The notes beneath the pieces are model-generated. The model saw only the letters and a list, made by a program, of their open reading frames with translations. It had not been told where the DNA came from and did not search any database. The position numbers and the translations under genes are program-made. A DNA stretch of 64,000 bases. Source: Oikopleura dioica. Lineage: Eukaryota; Animalia; Chordata. Within the stretch, counting starts at the first letter, position 1. The number at the start of each line of letters is the position of its first letter. Shown one piece after another: positions 35,700 through 49,094 of this stretch. The stretch spans positions 124,001 through 188,000 of the forward strand of contig OU015570.1 of the NCBI GenBank assembly GCA_907165135.1, in the 5' to 3' direction.

Positions 35700-36889
35700 A
35701 CACGCAGACGAATTTACAGACCATTTCTCTATCGAAAAAGCTCAGTAATTGTCTTCTCCAGTTGTCTTCGCTCGTTTGATTCTGCCCGTCATCTCGGCGA
35801 CATTTGTATTCCCGGACTGAAAGATGTCACTCAATGGGGTCAACGGCCCGTTTGGAGAATCACCACACAAAACACGCTGCATATTCTAAAAGATGCTATT
35901 CTGAGAGGGTTTTAAATAAATATTTTGGCAGATAATGTGATGCAGATAAATGAAGTGGAGTGTAAAAGTGAACTATAAGTGAGTATGGCAGTATTTTCGA
36001 AGAATGTCACCAATGGCCGATTTCTGATTCTGCTCAAATTCAAGCCGTCTTTCACGAACTTGAAGCCGGCGGTTTCGTACTATGTATCGGTCTGCTCGTT
36101 TGTTATAATCGAGTGGGGGTCACGGAAAATTCGTTTCTTCTGTTCGTACTCGTCGTCGAGATACGCATGCTCGAAGTGATCCTCGATGTCAAGGGCTGCT
36201 ACATATTGGTGAGGACAGCGACAGTCATCGCAGCGACATGGAGTGAAAGGGCGAACAGGCTTTTTCGGGGTGAATCCCGGTTTGCAGTAATTCCGGTTCG
36301 GGACAAGAACCTAAGAAAATAAACAACAGGAAACAAATGTGGAACTACCATATTTCCGAGGAAGTCGAATTTTGGAATCCACTTTTCGGAGGTGGTTTGT
36401 GGAAGGCGCGCTTCAATCCGTTGGGATATCGGGAGTCCATGTTTTTCTGAATGAAAGTAAGCAAACTAACTTAAAAACAAAAGCGAACCATTGTGTCATT
36501 GAGATGCCTCTCCAAAAGGTCGGCTTGCGGGAGACTCTCCATCTCAGGACCAAGCGGAAGATTCTCCAGTTCCGACTCGTCCATCAGAACTGGCTCTTCT
36601 TGCTGGTGGAGCGCCTCTGGGAGCGGTTCTGGTGGTAGAGAAACTAAATTTTTTCTATTTATCATGATAAACGCACAAATGATACCTTCAAATGGAACAT
36701 TGCGCTCATTTGCTCGATTTTCCGCAAAAGCGAGGCAATGCGTCCTGATATTTCTGTCGAATTGTCGGTCAGGAAGCCGAACAAGCTCTCTATCGGCGAG
36801 GTTTCCATCAAGACACGAGATGACAGCATCAGTGAGACGTTGGAGTGGGCCTTTTTCTTGGATTTTTCCGCTTTTTTGACCTTCTTCAT
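35700..36889 (-). pseudogene. Degraded multi-exon coding fragments, including a Cys-cluster exon at 36080-36310
   Basis: Coding-like frames (VLVPNRNYCKPGFTPKKPVRPFTPCRCDDCRCPHQYV..; ORFs 36471-36665 and 36662-36889) with a splice-acceptor-like boundary; no family recognised. Confidence 0.3.
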
Positions 36890-37947
36890 CAGGTCAGCGA
36901 ACTTGAAAAACTGATTTGGAACGTTGAATGAGAAAAAAAAATTAAATTTGAAAAAAAAAAAAAAATTTTTGGAAAAATTCTCAAAAAAAAATTTTTTTTG
37001 GGGTTAAACAGGGGGGATATTATCTTTATCGTATTCTCCATATTTTGTTGCATCGAATGATGCCCATGCTCTCTAATCTTCACGTTTTTTCTCTTAATTC
37101 CGGCGAAAAACGACGATTTTGACGATTTTGAGGCAAAATAAATGCACGTGTCCGCCTACGCAAAAAACCTAAAATTTGGAATTTCGGGACTTCAAGGACA
37201 CCTATCGATAGGTTTTTGCGAGGCGAACAACTTTCACAATAAGCACATAGTATGATTTCTTCATCGTTTAGACGCTATGGCCAGATTAAAGGCAAGTTTT
37301 TAGGTTGAGACACCAAAATTTTTGAATTTTTTGATTCAGAGAGATCAACTGCCTGCGAATCGAATTTTTCGGCTGTTTTAGGGGTGATTTTATGCGAGCT
37401 TTCGATTGCAGACGAAATCAAGTCGAAAAAAGGGGGCATGATGACGTAATAAAGGGTTGAAAATTTTTCTTTGAGAAAATTTTCAAAAAAATTTTTTGGA
37501 TTAGGCTTCGTATTTCCGGTCTTTATATGCAGAGAATGCTTTATTCTTGTACAGATATGCATATAATATGTTTTTGCAGGGGTATTACATGATTTCATGA
37601 AATTTCAAGATTTTTCGAATTTTTGGTCCCCGATTTTCAGATTTCGGGGCAATGAAATGGTTATTACTTCTGTTCCTGAGGTTTCCCGGGAAAAAGCAAG
37701 GTACCAAAATGACGAGCTCAACGAGTTCTTTCAATTTATTACGACAGAAAAGAAAGGCTGGCTGCGGCTCTAGAATTTATTCTAGAAAAACGTGTTTTTA
37801 ATTTTAAAATTCCAAAATAAAAGGGATGAAAAAATTTTCTCCGGATTTTCAACAATAAAGTTTTTATTCGAGGTCAGAACTAACGTCTGACAAACTTTGA
37901 GCGAATTCGAAAGACCAACCCTGAAAGTGACCCACCCTATTCTCCAC

Positions 37948-38417
37948 GGTTGAATCTTCCAACCTTTCGGGATCCCGAATATTTCGGGATTTCCCGAAAC
38001 GTTCGCAGTAAAAAAAGGCCTTTTTGTCTTCGAACCTTTCGGGGATGATTTTCAATAGTTTCTTTCCCAGAAAATATTTTAAGCCAAACAGTTTCGTCAA
38101 AATACATCTTTATTGAAGAAAATGGAGGCGCGAAGAAAAAATAATTAACTCGAAAAAATGGATCTTTAACTCATGAAGTTCTCTATAAAACAGGCGCGGA
38201 GCGCACACATTCTCTTATACTACAAATTAAACAGTTATAAATTGTCTGGCCTTCTTAGACCATCGAATTCGACGAAGGCAGATAGAGTTATCTTTTTGGT
38301 TAGTTAAATGACCTCATTCGGCATAATGGCACAAATTTTGTGCCATTTTTTATAACGTTATCCTCAACAAAAGTCCCGAAAGATTCGGGCAATCCCGAAA
38401 GGTTGGAAGTGACAACC
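37948..38417. mobile_element. Second copy of the TTCGGGATCCCGAA MITE
   Basis: Inverted relative to 23075-23541; TTCTCCAC duplicated at the flanks. Confidence 0.75.
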
Positions 38418-38709
38418 CTTCTCCACGTCACTGTTCTTTGAGGTCTTCACTAGAATCTCTTCATATCTTTATTCTTAGCATTTGTCATATTTGTCTTTTT
38501 CAGACGTGTTTTTCGAATATTATTTTTGAAATAATGAAAAAAAGAATCACCTTGAGTTCAATTCGAAGGACAAATTTGGAAAAAGTCAATGATTTATACT
38601 TTCTTCAGCGAGAGAAATATGCGATAACCCTCATTCATCATTTTTTCCAAAGAATGAAAAAAATTTTTTGTCATCCAATTCGAGACATAAAATAATATAT
38701 ATATTTTAA

Positions 38710-39733
38710 GGGACTAGGCCGAGTAAGCGCCGCGCGCCATTTTCTCTTTTTTCACTTTCACCAAGAAGGCCGAAGTTTTTATTCAAATTGAATGAAATTT
38801 GGATTACGAACTAAACTTTTAATTCTCTTTCATCTCTTATTTTCAAAATTTTCATATCTCGCCGACGAGCCGAGTGATGATTGAAAAACAGAAGCTTGAG
38901 TTCAAGTGTACATAAGTACTCGAAATATTCGCATTGACACTTTGAGACGTAGTCCATTGAAAAGCCCGTGGTCTCTTCTACAAAGGTTACTTAATTTTAT
39001 TTCTCGGAACTTATTAATTTGCCGATAAATTCGCATGTAATCCACGGGATCTTTGCGAACGCAGCGGGAATCGCGCGTCAATAGTGCAAAAGAGCGTATT
39101 TCACGCCGAGCGCGCCAGGTGACCCACAGTAATCCCTCGGTAATCAGCTAAGTAAACGTTTCCGGGAAATCTAATTAAGAAACCTTTGTAGAAGAGACCA
39201 CGGGCTTTTCAATGGTCTCAAAGTGTCAATCCGAATATTTCAAATACTTATGTACACTTGAACTCAAGCTTCTGTTTTTCAATCATAACTCGGCTCGTCG
39301 GCGAGATATGAAAATTTTGAAAATGAGAGATGAAAGAGAATTAAAAGTGAGTCTCGGGGATTCGCCTGCCCCCAAATCCGGCGGGTGACAAAAATGGCCG
39401 GACCAAGCGGGTGACAAGCCCAACACGGCCGAACTGCCCAACTCCGTAGGGAACAGCGAGTCTCGGTTGGAAATCGCTAATCTACCGAGGAAAATCATGA
39501 TCAAAGAGTTGTTTTGAGCTCGAGCTTATCCGCACATGGCTCATTTTTTCAGAGGATCAAGAATATTACTGAGTCGTATGTGCCATCAGAATGGATTTAC
39601 ACCTTTCTGGAACCTTATCGGTTCTCAATTCCCTTCGTAATCCTAATTTCATTCAATTTGAATAAAAACTTCGGCCTTCTTGGTGAGAGTGAAAAAGAGA
39701 AAATGGCGCGCGGCGCTTACTCGGCCTAGTCCC
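38710..39733. mobile_element. Kolobok-like foldback MITE
   Basis: TTAA|GGGACTAGGCCGAGTAAGCGCC...|TTAA; long inverted arms related to 50933-51685. Confidence 0.85.
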
Positions 39734-40611
39734 TTAAGGCCACTTTTGAAATTCGCTGTCATCCGAAAATCGCTCTTAAAATGGGTTTTCACTGTACGTC
39801 ATAATATTCGACTCTTGATCAAAATATGAGTTGAGCATCTCATATAACTATTGGCGTCTTGAGCGAAGACGGCCTTTCCATTTTGAATCCTCATTCCCAC
39901 TTCCATTGAGCAGTAGTTGATCATTGACTACAGTAAGAGAGCTACAGTATTTGAAGGAGCTGTTGAGCTTTTATGACATGCAAATATAAAATATATTCAT
40001 CGGCGATGTTGCTTGGAAGAACATATCTATCATTTGAGCAGAGGACATTGTTTTTCAGAGTCATTCTTTTCTGTGACTTGTTTAACTGGTTCGACCTGAA
40101 TTAATCAACATACGCAACATACGCAAAATACGCAGCGTTCTGCATATTTCAGGTTTGAGCGCTTTTTGCTGAATTTTTGTTGTTTTTATTCTCTAGAGCT
40201 CATGCTTGTTTTCATTATTTTCGATTCAATACGGCAGATTCCAAAAAATGGACGAGCAACATCAACAAGTCAATGTGCACAAAAATCCAGTTCCGTACAC
40301 TTTGCCAGGCAAAGTTTGCCTATTTTATACACCAATTTTCTCTTCCAATCCTACTCTGATCAAAAATTCGTGTTCAAATATTATATGGGGAAAACCCGGT
40401 GAATTATGTTCAGCAGGCTCATTTTTATCTTGATGAAATTACTTCGAATTCAGATTCTCACAACAAACATCACAAACTAATCATCAATTATATTCTACAA
40501 ATAAAGCGTTTTTTCTTTACGTCGTTCATTGAGCAACGCCCGCTCCGCGGGTTTAGTGGTAGGAAACTCAATGAAGGTAACGTAATAATCGGGCGTTACT
40601 CAAGAATTTAA

Positions 40612-40893
40612 CCCTATGCGTGACGCTCATAGTTTTCTGTCTATTTCTCTCTCAATTTTCGCCCGAACTCAAAAATATAAAAAGAATAAGAATCTACGTC
40701 CAAAAACACGTCCAATCTGCTCCGTAACATTTTGAAAACAAATTTTAAAATTTCTTAAAAACGTAAAAATGTCATAATTTTACTATTTTTGGTCTCGAGA
40801 ACAGCTATTCTGATGCATGTTACGTAACCTCGAGCCCCTTTTGCCTCTGAAGAAGGGAGTATTGCACTCAAGGCATCCGCGTCACGCATAGGG
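40612..40893. mobile_element. piggyBac-like MITE
   Basis: TTAA|CCCTATGCGTGACGC...GCGTCACGCATAGGG; same family as 59655-60075. Confidence 0.75.
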
Positions 40894-41016
40894 TAAAGAA
40901 ATCAAAACAAATTCTGCGTAAGTTGACGAATTCAGGTTATCGGCGCTATGGGTTGATTTTTACTCTGTATGTTGCGCATGTTGCGTAAGTTGCGTATGTT
41001 GCGCATGTTGATTATT

Positions 41017-42945
41017 TCAGCCTGAAATTTTCAGGTTTCTCGGTTTAACTCGGCTTTGACGATAAGGTTCTTTGCAACAGAGCAGGCGTTTTGAGCAGCA
41101 GCCATTTCTTGAGCAGTGAAGGATCGATTTCGTACGAGAAGACGATATTGTCAATTGAAATAGTTGACAACGCAAAGATTGCTTCTTCGACATCGAAAAA
41201 TCTTCTGAAAGTTTCTCGAGGTTAGAGCTTTTTGATCTTGGAAGTCTGCTGGAGAAATCTGCAGAAGCCATTTCTGGGTAGACGCTTGTTATGTCCCCGA
41301 ATGTCCCGAATGTCCCCGAATGTCCCCAATGTCCCGAATGTCCCGTCGGATCATGCAAAAATAGTGCAAAATAAGAAATCAATAACAACTTTTTCGTCTC
41401 TAGAACGTGATTGTTTTGGCATAATGTCAAAAAGAAGGAAGCGCTCCGCGCAATTTGTGGTAGAAAACTCATTGAATTTAGCAAAATAATCGTCTCTAGA
41501 ACAAAATTGTTATGAAAAAATCTTTTTTCCTTAAGAAAAGGTTTTTCTTTTTTTGGCCTTTTTAAAAAAAGTCGGGGACATTGGAGACATTCGGGACATT
41601 CGGGACATTCGGGGACATAACAAGGGCGTTCCCATTTCTGGGCTTGTTCCGCTTTTATGGATGATCGTGAAGTTTAATGCGAGGAGATAGTTGTGAACAT
41701 TGCATAGTTTTATGTCCAACTTTCTTATTCGTGATTCTCGGAACAGGTACAACAAAGATTTATGGTCAACAAAGCAGTCGAATTCACAATTGATCAAGTA
41801 GTACTCGAAAAATTGAATTCCCCAGCAAAGTGCGAGAGCTCTTTGACTCTCATTGGACGCTTAAGATCAGGTCCTGTTAGAGCTTTGCTGGAAACTCCAA
41901 GGGCAGCAAATTGATCGTTTTGAACTTGGTACAGTGTTCCTCCAACTGCATATCCAGAGAAGTCTGTGACGAGAACAACTTTACATCCAGGTTTGAAATG
42001 CGCTTTCAAGTGCCTTCAGATGGTCTTCCAATTTGTTGTCAATGATCACCAAATCATCAAGATAAAGGAAAATTCATCAGCTTATTCATTATTCTTGAGA
42101 AGCAGGCAGGAGCATTGCAAGAACCATAGAGTATTGTATTAGTTTGGTAATGCTGGTTTTCGTATGAAAATGCCATTTTGTGTGCATCTTTTTCGTTAAT
42201 GAGCACTTGCCAATAGCCACGAAAGAAAACAACTGAACTTATGAAATATTCTTTTCCACGGAGATTCTTTACAATTGAGGTTAAAACACTTTGCATACTT
42301 GGTAATGGAAAGCGATCTTTTTGCAATAACTCATTCACCATTCTCGCATCAAGTGAAATTCGAATAGAAGAGTCAGATTTTCGAAGAAGAATCAAAGGAA
42401 TGTTAAATGACGGTTGCGTTTCTTCGATAACATTGAGCTTGTTATCTAATAGCTGGGACAAAATTGATTTTTTGAGGTTGTTCTGATCGTCTTTCCAAGA
42501 AAGCTTTGTAATCTTCTTTCTCACGACCACAATTCTTGTCGATTTCAATAAGGCCAGTTAAAAACAAATCAGATGAGTTCGGATCAATTGTTGGAATTTT
42601 CTTATTGCAAAAGGTGACTGATTTTTCTCCGATCGTTATCCCCTTGAGAGCATCCGTTCCCAAAATGATCGGGCACGATAAATTTTGAACGATGAGCGGA
42701 TCCAACTTCAATCTTAGTGGCGAAGAGCTTGTTTCAAATTTGACGTCCATTGGGGAGCTGAGCGTCTTTACATTGACGACTTCTGAGTTCGCACACTTGA
42801 GCATGATTGTAGATGAAATTTGTTTGTTGATAATTGACGGTAATAGATCTAGAACATCTGAGCGGTAAGATGTTCTACTTGCGCCACTATCGATAAGGCA
42901 GGGAAATTTTTGTCCGTTGAGCATAATCTTTACAAATTTGAGCGA
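41017..42945 (-). pseudogene. pol: Ty3/gypsy pol remnant: protease, RT and RNase H; no integrase seen
   Basis: LIDSGAS (protease); FNIPLILLRKSD..LDARMVN..DRFPLP, GYWQV, YGSCNAPACF and YLDD (RT); VTDFSGYAVGGTL, VDHKSL and ADFSSRLP (RNase H); frameshifts and a MITE insertion. Confidence 0.93.
41277..41632. mobile_element. GG..CC MITE with (GAATGTCCC(C))n arrays inserted in the RNase H region
   Basis: 8-bp TSD CATTTCTG at 41269-76 and 41633-40; reading frame SGTSPEM|ASADFSSRLP is restored on removal. Confidence 0.9.
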
Positions 42946-42967
42946 GGCCGTTGCAAAGTGAGTATAT

Positions 42968-44531
42968 TCACACTTTTAATGACTCTTGATAGTCATGCCT
43001 CCTTTTGATTATTTCCTCAACTTCCTTTGGTACATCTTCCGCATGAAGGTACTTGCACTTTTCGCCAAATCGACATCGGTTATTTTGGACGTATGAAATG
43101 CAGTGTCCCTGGAGCTTGTTGATTGGGATTCTCGATCTTCCCTTCTTCTTCTTTTCCTTTGCTAGTTCCTTCGCAGCAAAGATAATCTCCTTCAGTTGAG
43201 AGCAGCTTTGGGCCATTTCAGATTCCTTCGCATTTGAAGGGCTTTCCGCGACGAAGATATTTTCTCGTTTAAAGAAGCTTCTCTCCTGCTCCATGGCACG
43301 TTGAGCGATATTTCGGAGTGTCAGCAAGGATTTTTCACGTCGGAGAAGTTCTGCAAGTCTCGCCGAGGCTGTCTCGGCTCTTGGCATTCGATAAATCGGT
43401 AACAAATAATTGATTCATCTGCCGCATCAAGATTGAGCTTTCCGTATCCTTTCTTGTAGAAGGCTTGAAGTTTTGTGACTGCCATTTGCTGTGTCTCCTG
43501 AACTCGTTGCAACGATGTATACATGTGCTTGTAGTGTTCCTTGTCTATACCCAGAACTTGAACAAGCTTACCCTTTAAGCTGTTCCAGTTTTGTTTTTCT
43601 TCTTCAGTGATTGGTTCGACGAGAGAAGTTCCACTTTCCTCAATCAGGATTTGGGACAAAGCAACACTGATAAGATCTTCATCGCAAATCTTCGAGCAAT
43701 TTCGGTCAAGAATCGTGGCAAGGTTGTCCATAACAATGATCTCATTTATTTTATCGACATCAATCTTATGGTCAGCTCGAGCAGTCTTTTGGACAGCTTC
43801 CTGGATGTTAGTAACGGGTGGCGGGCGGCTTCGTTCGCAAAGGCCATTTTGCGAACGGCGTTCGCAAATTACGAACGGCGTTCGCAAAATTGAAAAATTT
43901 TTGCCCGAAAATCGCTCACAACTTTTTCAGAATGTGTCCCAGCGGTAGAAAAAGACTGATCCTGCCAAGCCAATGAGTTCTCTACCAGAAAATGCGCGAA
44001 GCGCACACTCACGGCAAAATTTTTCCGTTGCGAACGGCGTTCGCAAGATTACGAACGGCGTTCGCAAATTGCGAACGGCGTTCGCAAAATTGAAAAATTT
44101 TTGCCCGAAAATCGCTCACAACTTTTTCAGAATGTGTCCCAGCGGTAGAAAAAGACTGATCCTGCCAAGCCAATGAGTTCTCTACCAGAAAATGCGCGAA
44201 GCGCACACTCACGGCAAAATTTTTTCCGTTGCGAACGGCGTTCGCAAGATTACGAACGGCGTTCGCAAATTGCGAACGAAGCCGCCCTATACCCGTTAGT
44301 AACATCAAATGCGGGGTGGAACTCAAGGCCTTGGTTTGTCTTTTGAAAAAAATACTTTATGTCCAAATCATCGAACAAGTTTGGCTGAATATTGAGCATA
44401 TTCAGAAAACATCCTGACTTGTCAAATCTTGGGATTGCTAAAGGGTATTCGATTTGGGTTCTTGTCATAAATAAGCATAAGTTTCTTGGCAGTGAGGTCA
44501 ATGACCGTTTTATAGTAAAGCTCGTCCCCAA
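42968..44531 (-). pseudogene. gag: gag of the same element, with a C-terminal CCCH zinc finger
   Basis: Directly upstream of the protease; QRVQETQQMAVTKL capsid-like region; C-x8-C-x5-C-x3-H at 43043-43102; frame FDVTN|IQEAV is restored by removing the 43816-44294 insert. Confidence 0.75.
43816..44294. mobile_element. MULE-like MITE with an internal ~180-bp direct duplication and GCGAACGGCGTTCGC repeats
   Basis: 9-bp TSD GTTAGTAAC at 43807-15 and 44295-303; GGG..CCC ends. Confidence 0.88.
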
Positions 44532-45237
44532 TGATATCGAAAAAATAAACTACCGTCGTTTTCCATCTTAAGAGCGTTTTTCAGATGACAAGGGTAGACC
44601 AAAACGCTCTTAAGTTGGAAAATTTACGATCAAACTAGGATGACATGAAAAAATGATGAATGAAAATACATAAAAAGAATTTTTCCAAAACTCTAAAAAT
44701 GCATCTGAGGTCAATTTTATCTATTTATAATAAAAAATTACGATCTTTGAATCAGAGGCTATGATTTCACCTGAGAAAAAGCGTAGAAAACAATTTTTTC
44801 AATGATTTTTCAGGTTGAAATAAACGTTATTCTAATTATTAATTAAAAATTCCTAAAAACGCTCTGAAGTTGGGATTTTCTCAGATAACAAAATTTGGAA
44901 AATATTGGCAAAAACGCTCTTAAGTTGGGCGCTCTTTGACGTCGAACTACTTTTTCTAGGCTTAGCTTTTTAATGGTTAATGGCTCATTTTGAAGCTCAT
45001 TTCTCACTGAACAAACTCTAGTACAGAAAAAATTTTCATAAGGGGAAACACCTCGAAAAAGCGGGCTGAATACATAGATACTCGCGAAAAACCCCATTTT
45101 GGGCCTTTTTCAAAGTCGAACTAGTTTTTGCTCTTATATAGAGCCCTAAATCAATTTATATTTTCTTTTTTGATCCCTCATCTACAATCTCTAGTACAGA
45201 GAATTCGTTTGGTCAAGTAAGAAAAATTTTCTCTTAA

Positions 45238-45980
45238 GGGTAATGGTATACATCGGCGCGGCGCTGCTCGCTCGATCCGCGCTCCGCCAGAACCTATTTC
45301 TCACGAAGCCGTAAAATCTGAACGGATAAAGATTTTTCAAAATTCAAAAGATTCTGAATTATCAAAGTCATTTCTACTAACACAGCAAAAATGGTTATGA
45401 TTGTCAAAGAGTAACTATCTGAAAATTGCCAGTTTCCTTCAAATGACATTTTCTTCGATATTTCTCATCCAAATTTTTTGAAAATTAGACTGTCTTGTAG
45501 AGAATCGTCAGCTCTACAATTCCTGTTTTTCAGATTTTTGTTTTAAGCTTTCATTAATTTTACATCGCAATTTGTAAAGAGCGCTACTTTTTCTCGCGCC
45601 TCTCCGCTCTCTATTTCTCACGCCACGACCTCACAGCGCTTACTTCAAGGCCGCATATTAAAATCCGAAGATCTTAAAACAAAAATCTGAAAAACAGGAT
45701 TTGTAGAGCTGACGATTCTCTACAAGACAGTCTAATTTTCAAAAATTTGGATGAGAAATATCGAAGAAAATGTCATTTGAAGGAAACTGGCAATTTTCAG
45801 ATAGTTACTCTTTGACAATCATAACCATTTTTGCTGTGTTAGTAGAAATGACTTTGATAATTCAGAATCTTTGAATTTTGAAAAATCTTTATCCGTTCAG
45901 ATTTTACGGCTTCGTGAGAAATAGGTTCTGGCGGAGCGCGGATCGAGCGAGCAGCGCCGCGCCGATGTATACCATTACCC
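45238..45980. mobile_element. Kolobok-like near-perfect palindromic MITE (K1)
   Basis: TTAA|GGGTAATGGTATACATCGG...|TTAA; arms of about 300 bp. Confidence 0.9.
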
Positions 45981-46335
45981 TTAAGAAAACTTTTGATGCC
46001 ATTTTGGCCCTTTTCTCGCTATAAATTGCTCTCTAGCGCCGATATATGGCCGAAAATCCGAATGCGGTTATCAGATTCTTACTCAGTGCACTCTAAGCGT
46101 TCGAAACACCCCTTACACGTCTATTTTTGATGACATCGAAAAGTCGAAAAAATTGCGATTTTCACGCTAAGTACAAATTACATGCATTTTTACAATTTTC
46201 GAGGGTCGAAATTTTGGGTAAAGATGCTCGTAAGGGGACATATAATATATCAAAATGATCCTCAGAACACGGGGATTCTAAAAATGCCGCATAGACACCC
46301 GTCATAAAGACTTGACCAATCGGGGGATCCCTTAA

Positions 46336-46817
46336 CCCGTTGCCGAGCGCTCCGATACATTGGCTTGCCGCTCGCGTAGCATCCGGAATGCTACGACTTT
46401 GAGCGCATTTTTCTCCCACTTTTACTTTGTCTTTATTCAAAATTTTTACTTGTGCGTATTCACTTAACCCTTGGCTACTAGATTCATACTTTTTCACAAA
46501 GTTTACAAAGTGGTTAAAAACCGAAAATCGATAAAGAATGACGGTTCTTTCAGCAGCGCCATTGTTCAAGTCTAGAGAAAAGACAATGGCGCGCCGCAAA
46601 ACAATAGAAAGGAAGCGCCGCGAGGGCTGACTTCACTTTTCTTTCCCATTTTCTAGCGGAAAATAACAATATTTTTATAATTTTAAAGTCGAAGATCTAT
46701 TAAAAAGATTGAAATTTTATAAAATCAAAAAATTTCAGAGAATTCTCAATGTTAACTTTTCCTTAAAAGCATTGAAAGCGCGCGTAGCATTCAGGATGCT
46801 ACGCGCTCGGCAACGGG
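46336..46817. mobile_element. piggyBac-like MITE (duplicated at 52042-52528)
   Basis: TTAA|CCCGTTGCCGAGCGC...GCGCTCGGCAACGGG|TTAA. Confidence 0.88.
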
Positions 46818-47373
46818 TTAAGATGGAAAACCACGGTAACTGGGTAACCTTAACCTATTTTAGTCTGGTCCTTGAAAACCAAGTTTAACGTCGAGCAGCA
46901 CTTGATCTCTGTCTCTGACTGTATCTCTTGGGAGACGTTCCGTTTTATTCAGTCACCAAAATATGTACGTGTTTCTCAATGTACATACGTTTGATATGAA
47001 TATATAGTTTATTGTTATCGCGAGCAGGATAAAAATAGTGAGCATTGTTTTGAAAAAAGAGTAAGTTTTACAAGTGAACGAGTAATTTCAAATGACCACA
47101 GAGGTGCAGAGCGCAGCGACTTATATACTATTTCTGTGCGTACGAACAGGGCTTGGTCGGCACAAAAGTAACACAGTGCGCGGGGAGAAAGAGAGTTCCG
47201 TAGGGAAATGAATAATCACATGCGTAAAGAAGTTTGTGCACAGAGAGAAAAGGCTATACGTAGGGAGCAAGTTTCTTTGCTGCGGGAGTAGAGAATTTCG
47301 TCCGTGCGGGGAGTTTGTTTACGCAGGACTTAATGTAACTCCGCGCGCAGCGCGTTTTGCACATTGAGATCCA

Positions 47374-49094
47374 CTATAGTCTGACAAATTCGTGTTTGAT
47401 CATGCCAAGCGCTGAGAAGGCGGTAAGGGGTCGGCTTTCCTCGTCCATAACCAGATGCCAGAAGGCGCTTCTGAAGTCAATTGCTGAAAAGTACTGGCTT
47501 CCGTGAAAGTTCTCCAGGCAGTTAAAGAGGCTAGGAATGGGCCACTCGACGTCAACAAGGATTTTGTTGATCATCCTCAGTTCGACGACGATTCGCCAGG
47601 ACCCATCTTTCTTCCACACCAGAGATATCGGCGAGTTATACGGCGAGCCTTTTCTCTTCCGGATAATCACTCTTTGCTCCAGTTCGGTCGATTCTCCGGC
47701 TAGCCATCAACTCCCACTTTGATTTGAGTCGCACCTGCGGTCTTTTGAATTCCTAAATATCCACATCGCTTTTTGAAAATATATCGTCAAAGTCCTCCAT
47801 TAAATTGGCGAAACATGTGTTACTTGCATCGTCTAATTCTTTAATATCGATGAGATGCTTGTCTCTTTTCCTCTACTTGAGTTCATTCGTCCCTTAATTC
47901 GTGTTGTTTATTCCAAGTTGAGAATTGATAAAAGTTATATTCTGATAGGAAATAGCTTATCAACTTATGTTTTTTTGTTTACGTACCTTTTGTCAATGCG
48001 AGAGTTGAAATCTTGTTAGCTGACAAAACCATGGCCATTGGCTCTGCCTGCAGTTTCCTCGTTCGAGTTCAATAGTAACTGTACATCCGCTTTCCAACTC
48101 GGCCACTGTACTCATTACTCTGTATTTGATCTCGCGATTCTTCCGATCTTTGACGGTGAAATCGACAATCATGTTTTTGTTGGGATCACCCGGAAGATCT
48201 TCCAAGGCCTTGAGTTGGAATTGAGTGATCCCCTCGCATTTCTTTGCGTCAGAAATTTTGAAACATCTGACCGAGTTTCTTGTGATTATTGTAATAACCA
48301 CCTTATTGAAGCTGATAAAATCCTGATTTATAATCAGCTCCGTTCCTCTTAGACAATCCAGTCCGAGTATAAGACCAAGTCCGCTTGTTTTGAGAATTGA
48401 TATTCGAACATTTTGTAAGATAAGGCCTCGGTCTCGGCCAGGAACGGTGATGTCCAGGATAACGTCAGCCACTATCTCCATGCATTTTCCGGAAGCTGAT
48501 CTTGGTGAAGCTCTTGTCGTAGGAGCAATTGTCCATTTGGCGTTGTCTTTGATTATCGATCATGAGCTCTCGGAGATACAGGTTAAAGACGCTCCTGTAT
48601 CCACTAATCCTTCCAGTTGTGCACGTTTTTGTCCCTGACTCAGTATGCACGTAATTGTCAAGAGGCCTAATCCGATTTTTCGATTTTCGATGGCTCTGAC
48701 CTCTTGAGAGCCTCCTACTTTCAGAAAAACGGGCGAAGGGGCTCTTGCTCTTCTCCGTCTCTGCGTCTCCTTTATTGTGCAAAAGAGACCGTCCCAGATG
48801 GGGTCTTCGGTTTCTTCTCAATCGGGGGTCTTCGAGGTCGGTCTCGTCTTTCGACCTTTGGTTTTGGGCACTCTCTTGCGAAGTGTCCTTTTGCGAAGCA
48901 GTTGAAACAAGTGTCTCTCGGCTCACGTCGTCGTGGTCTTCCGATTCTGACTGGACCAAAAGACGGTTCATCAATCATATTTGCTGGCGCCTTTTCTGTA
49001 GCTGCTAATGGGGCCGTCACATTAAAAACGACGCTCCCGCCAGTTGGTTCGAAGGTGTCTGTTGTTGGAGCCAGTTGCACTGAGGTTATAACTG
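47374..49094 (-). pseudogene. Ty3/gypsy remnant copy 1: gag C-terminus (CCHC), protease and RT N-terminal half
   Basis: CFNCFAKGHFARECP; LVDTGAS; PYNSPISLVWKKDGSWRIVVELRMIN..IDFRSAFW; truncated before YXDD. Confidence 0.92.

Noticed and set aside
46162-46599. 145-aa ORF duplicated at 51868-52377
   Set aside because: It crosses the boundary of a piggyBac-like MITE and has no recognisable motif; its duplication simply reflects the segmental duplication
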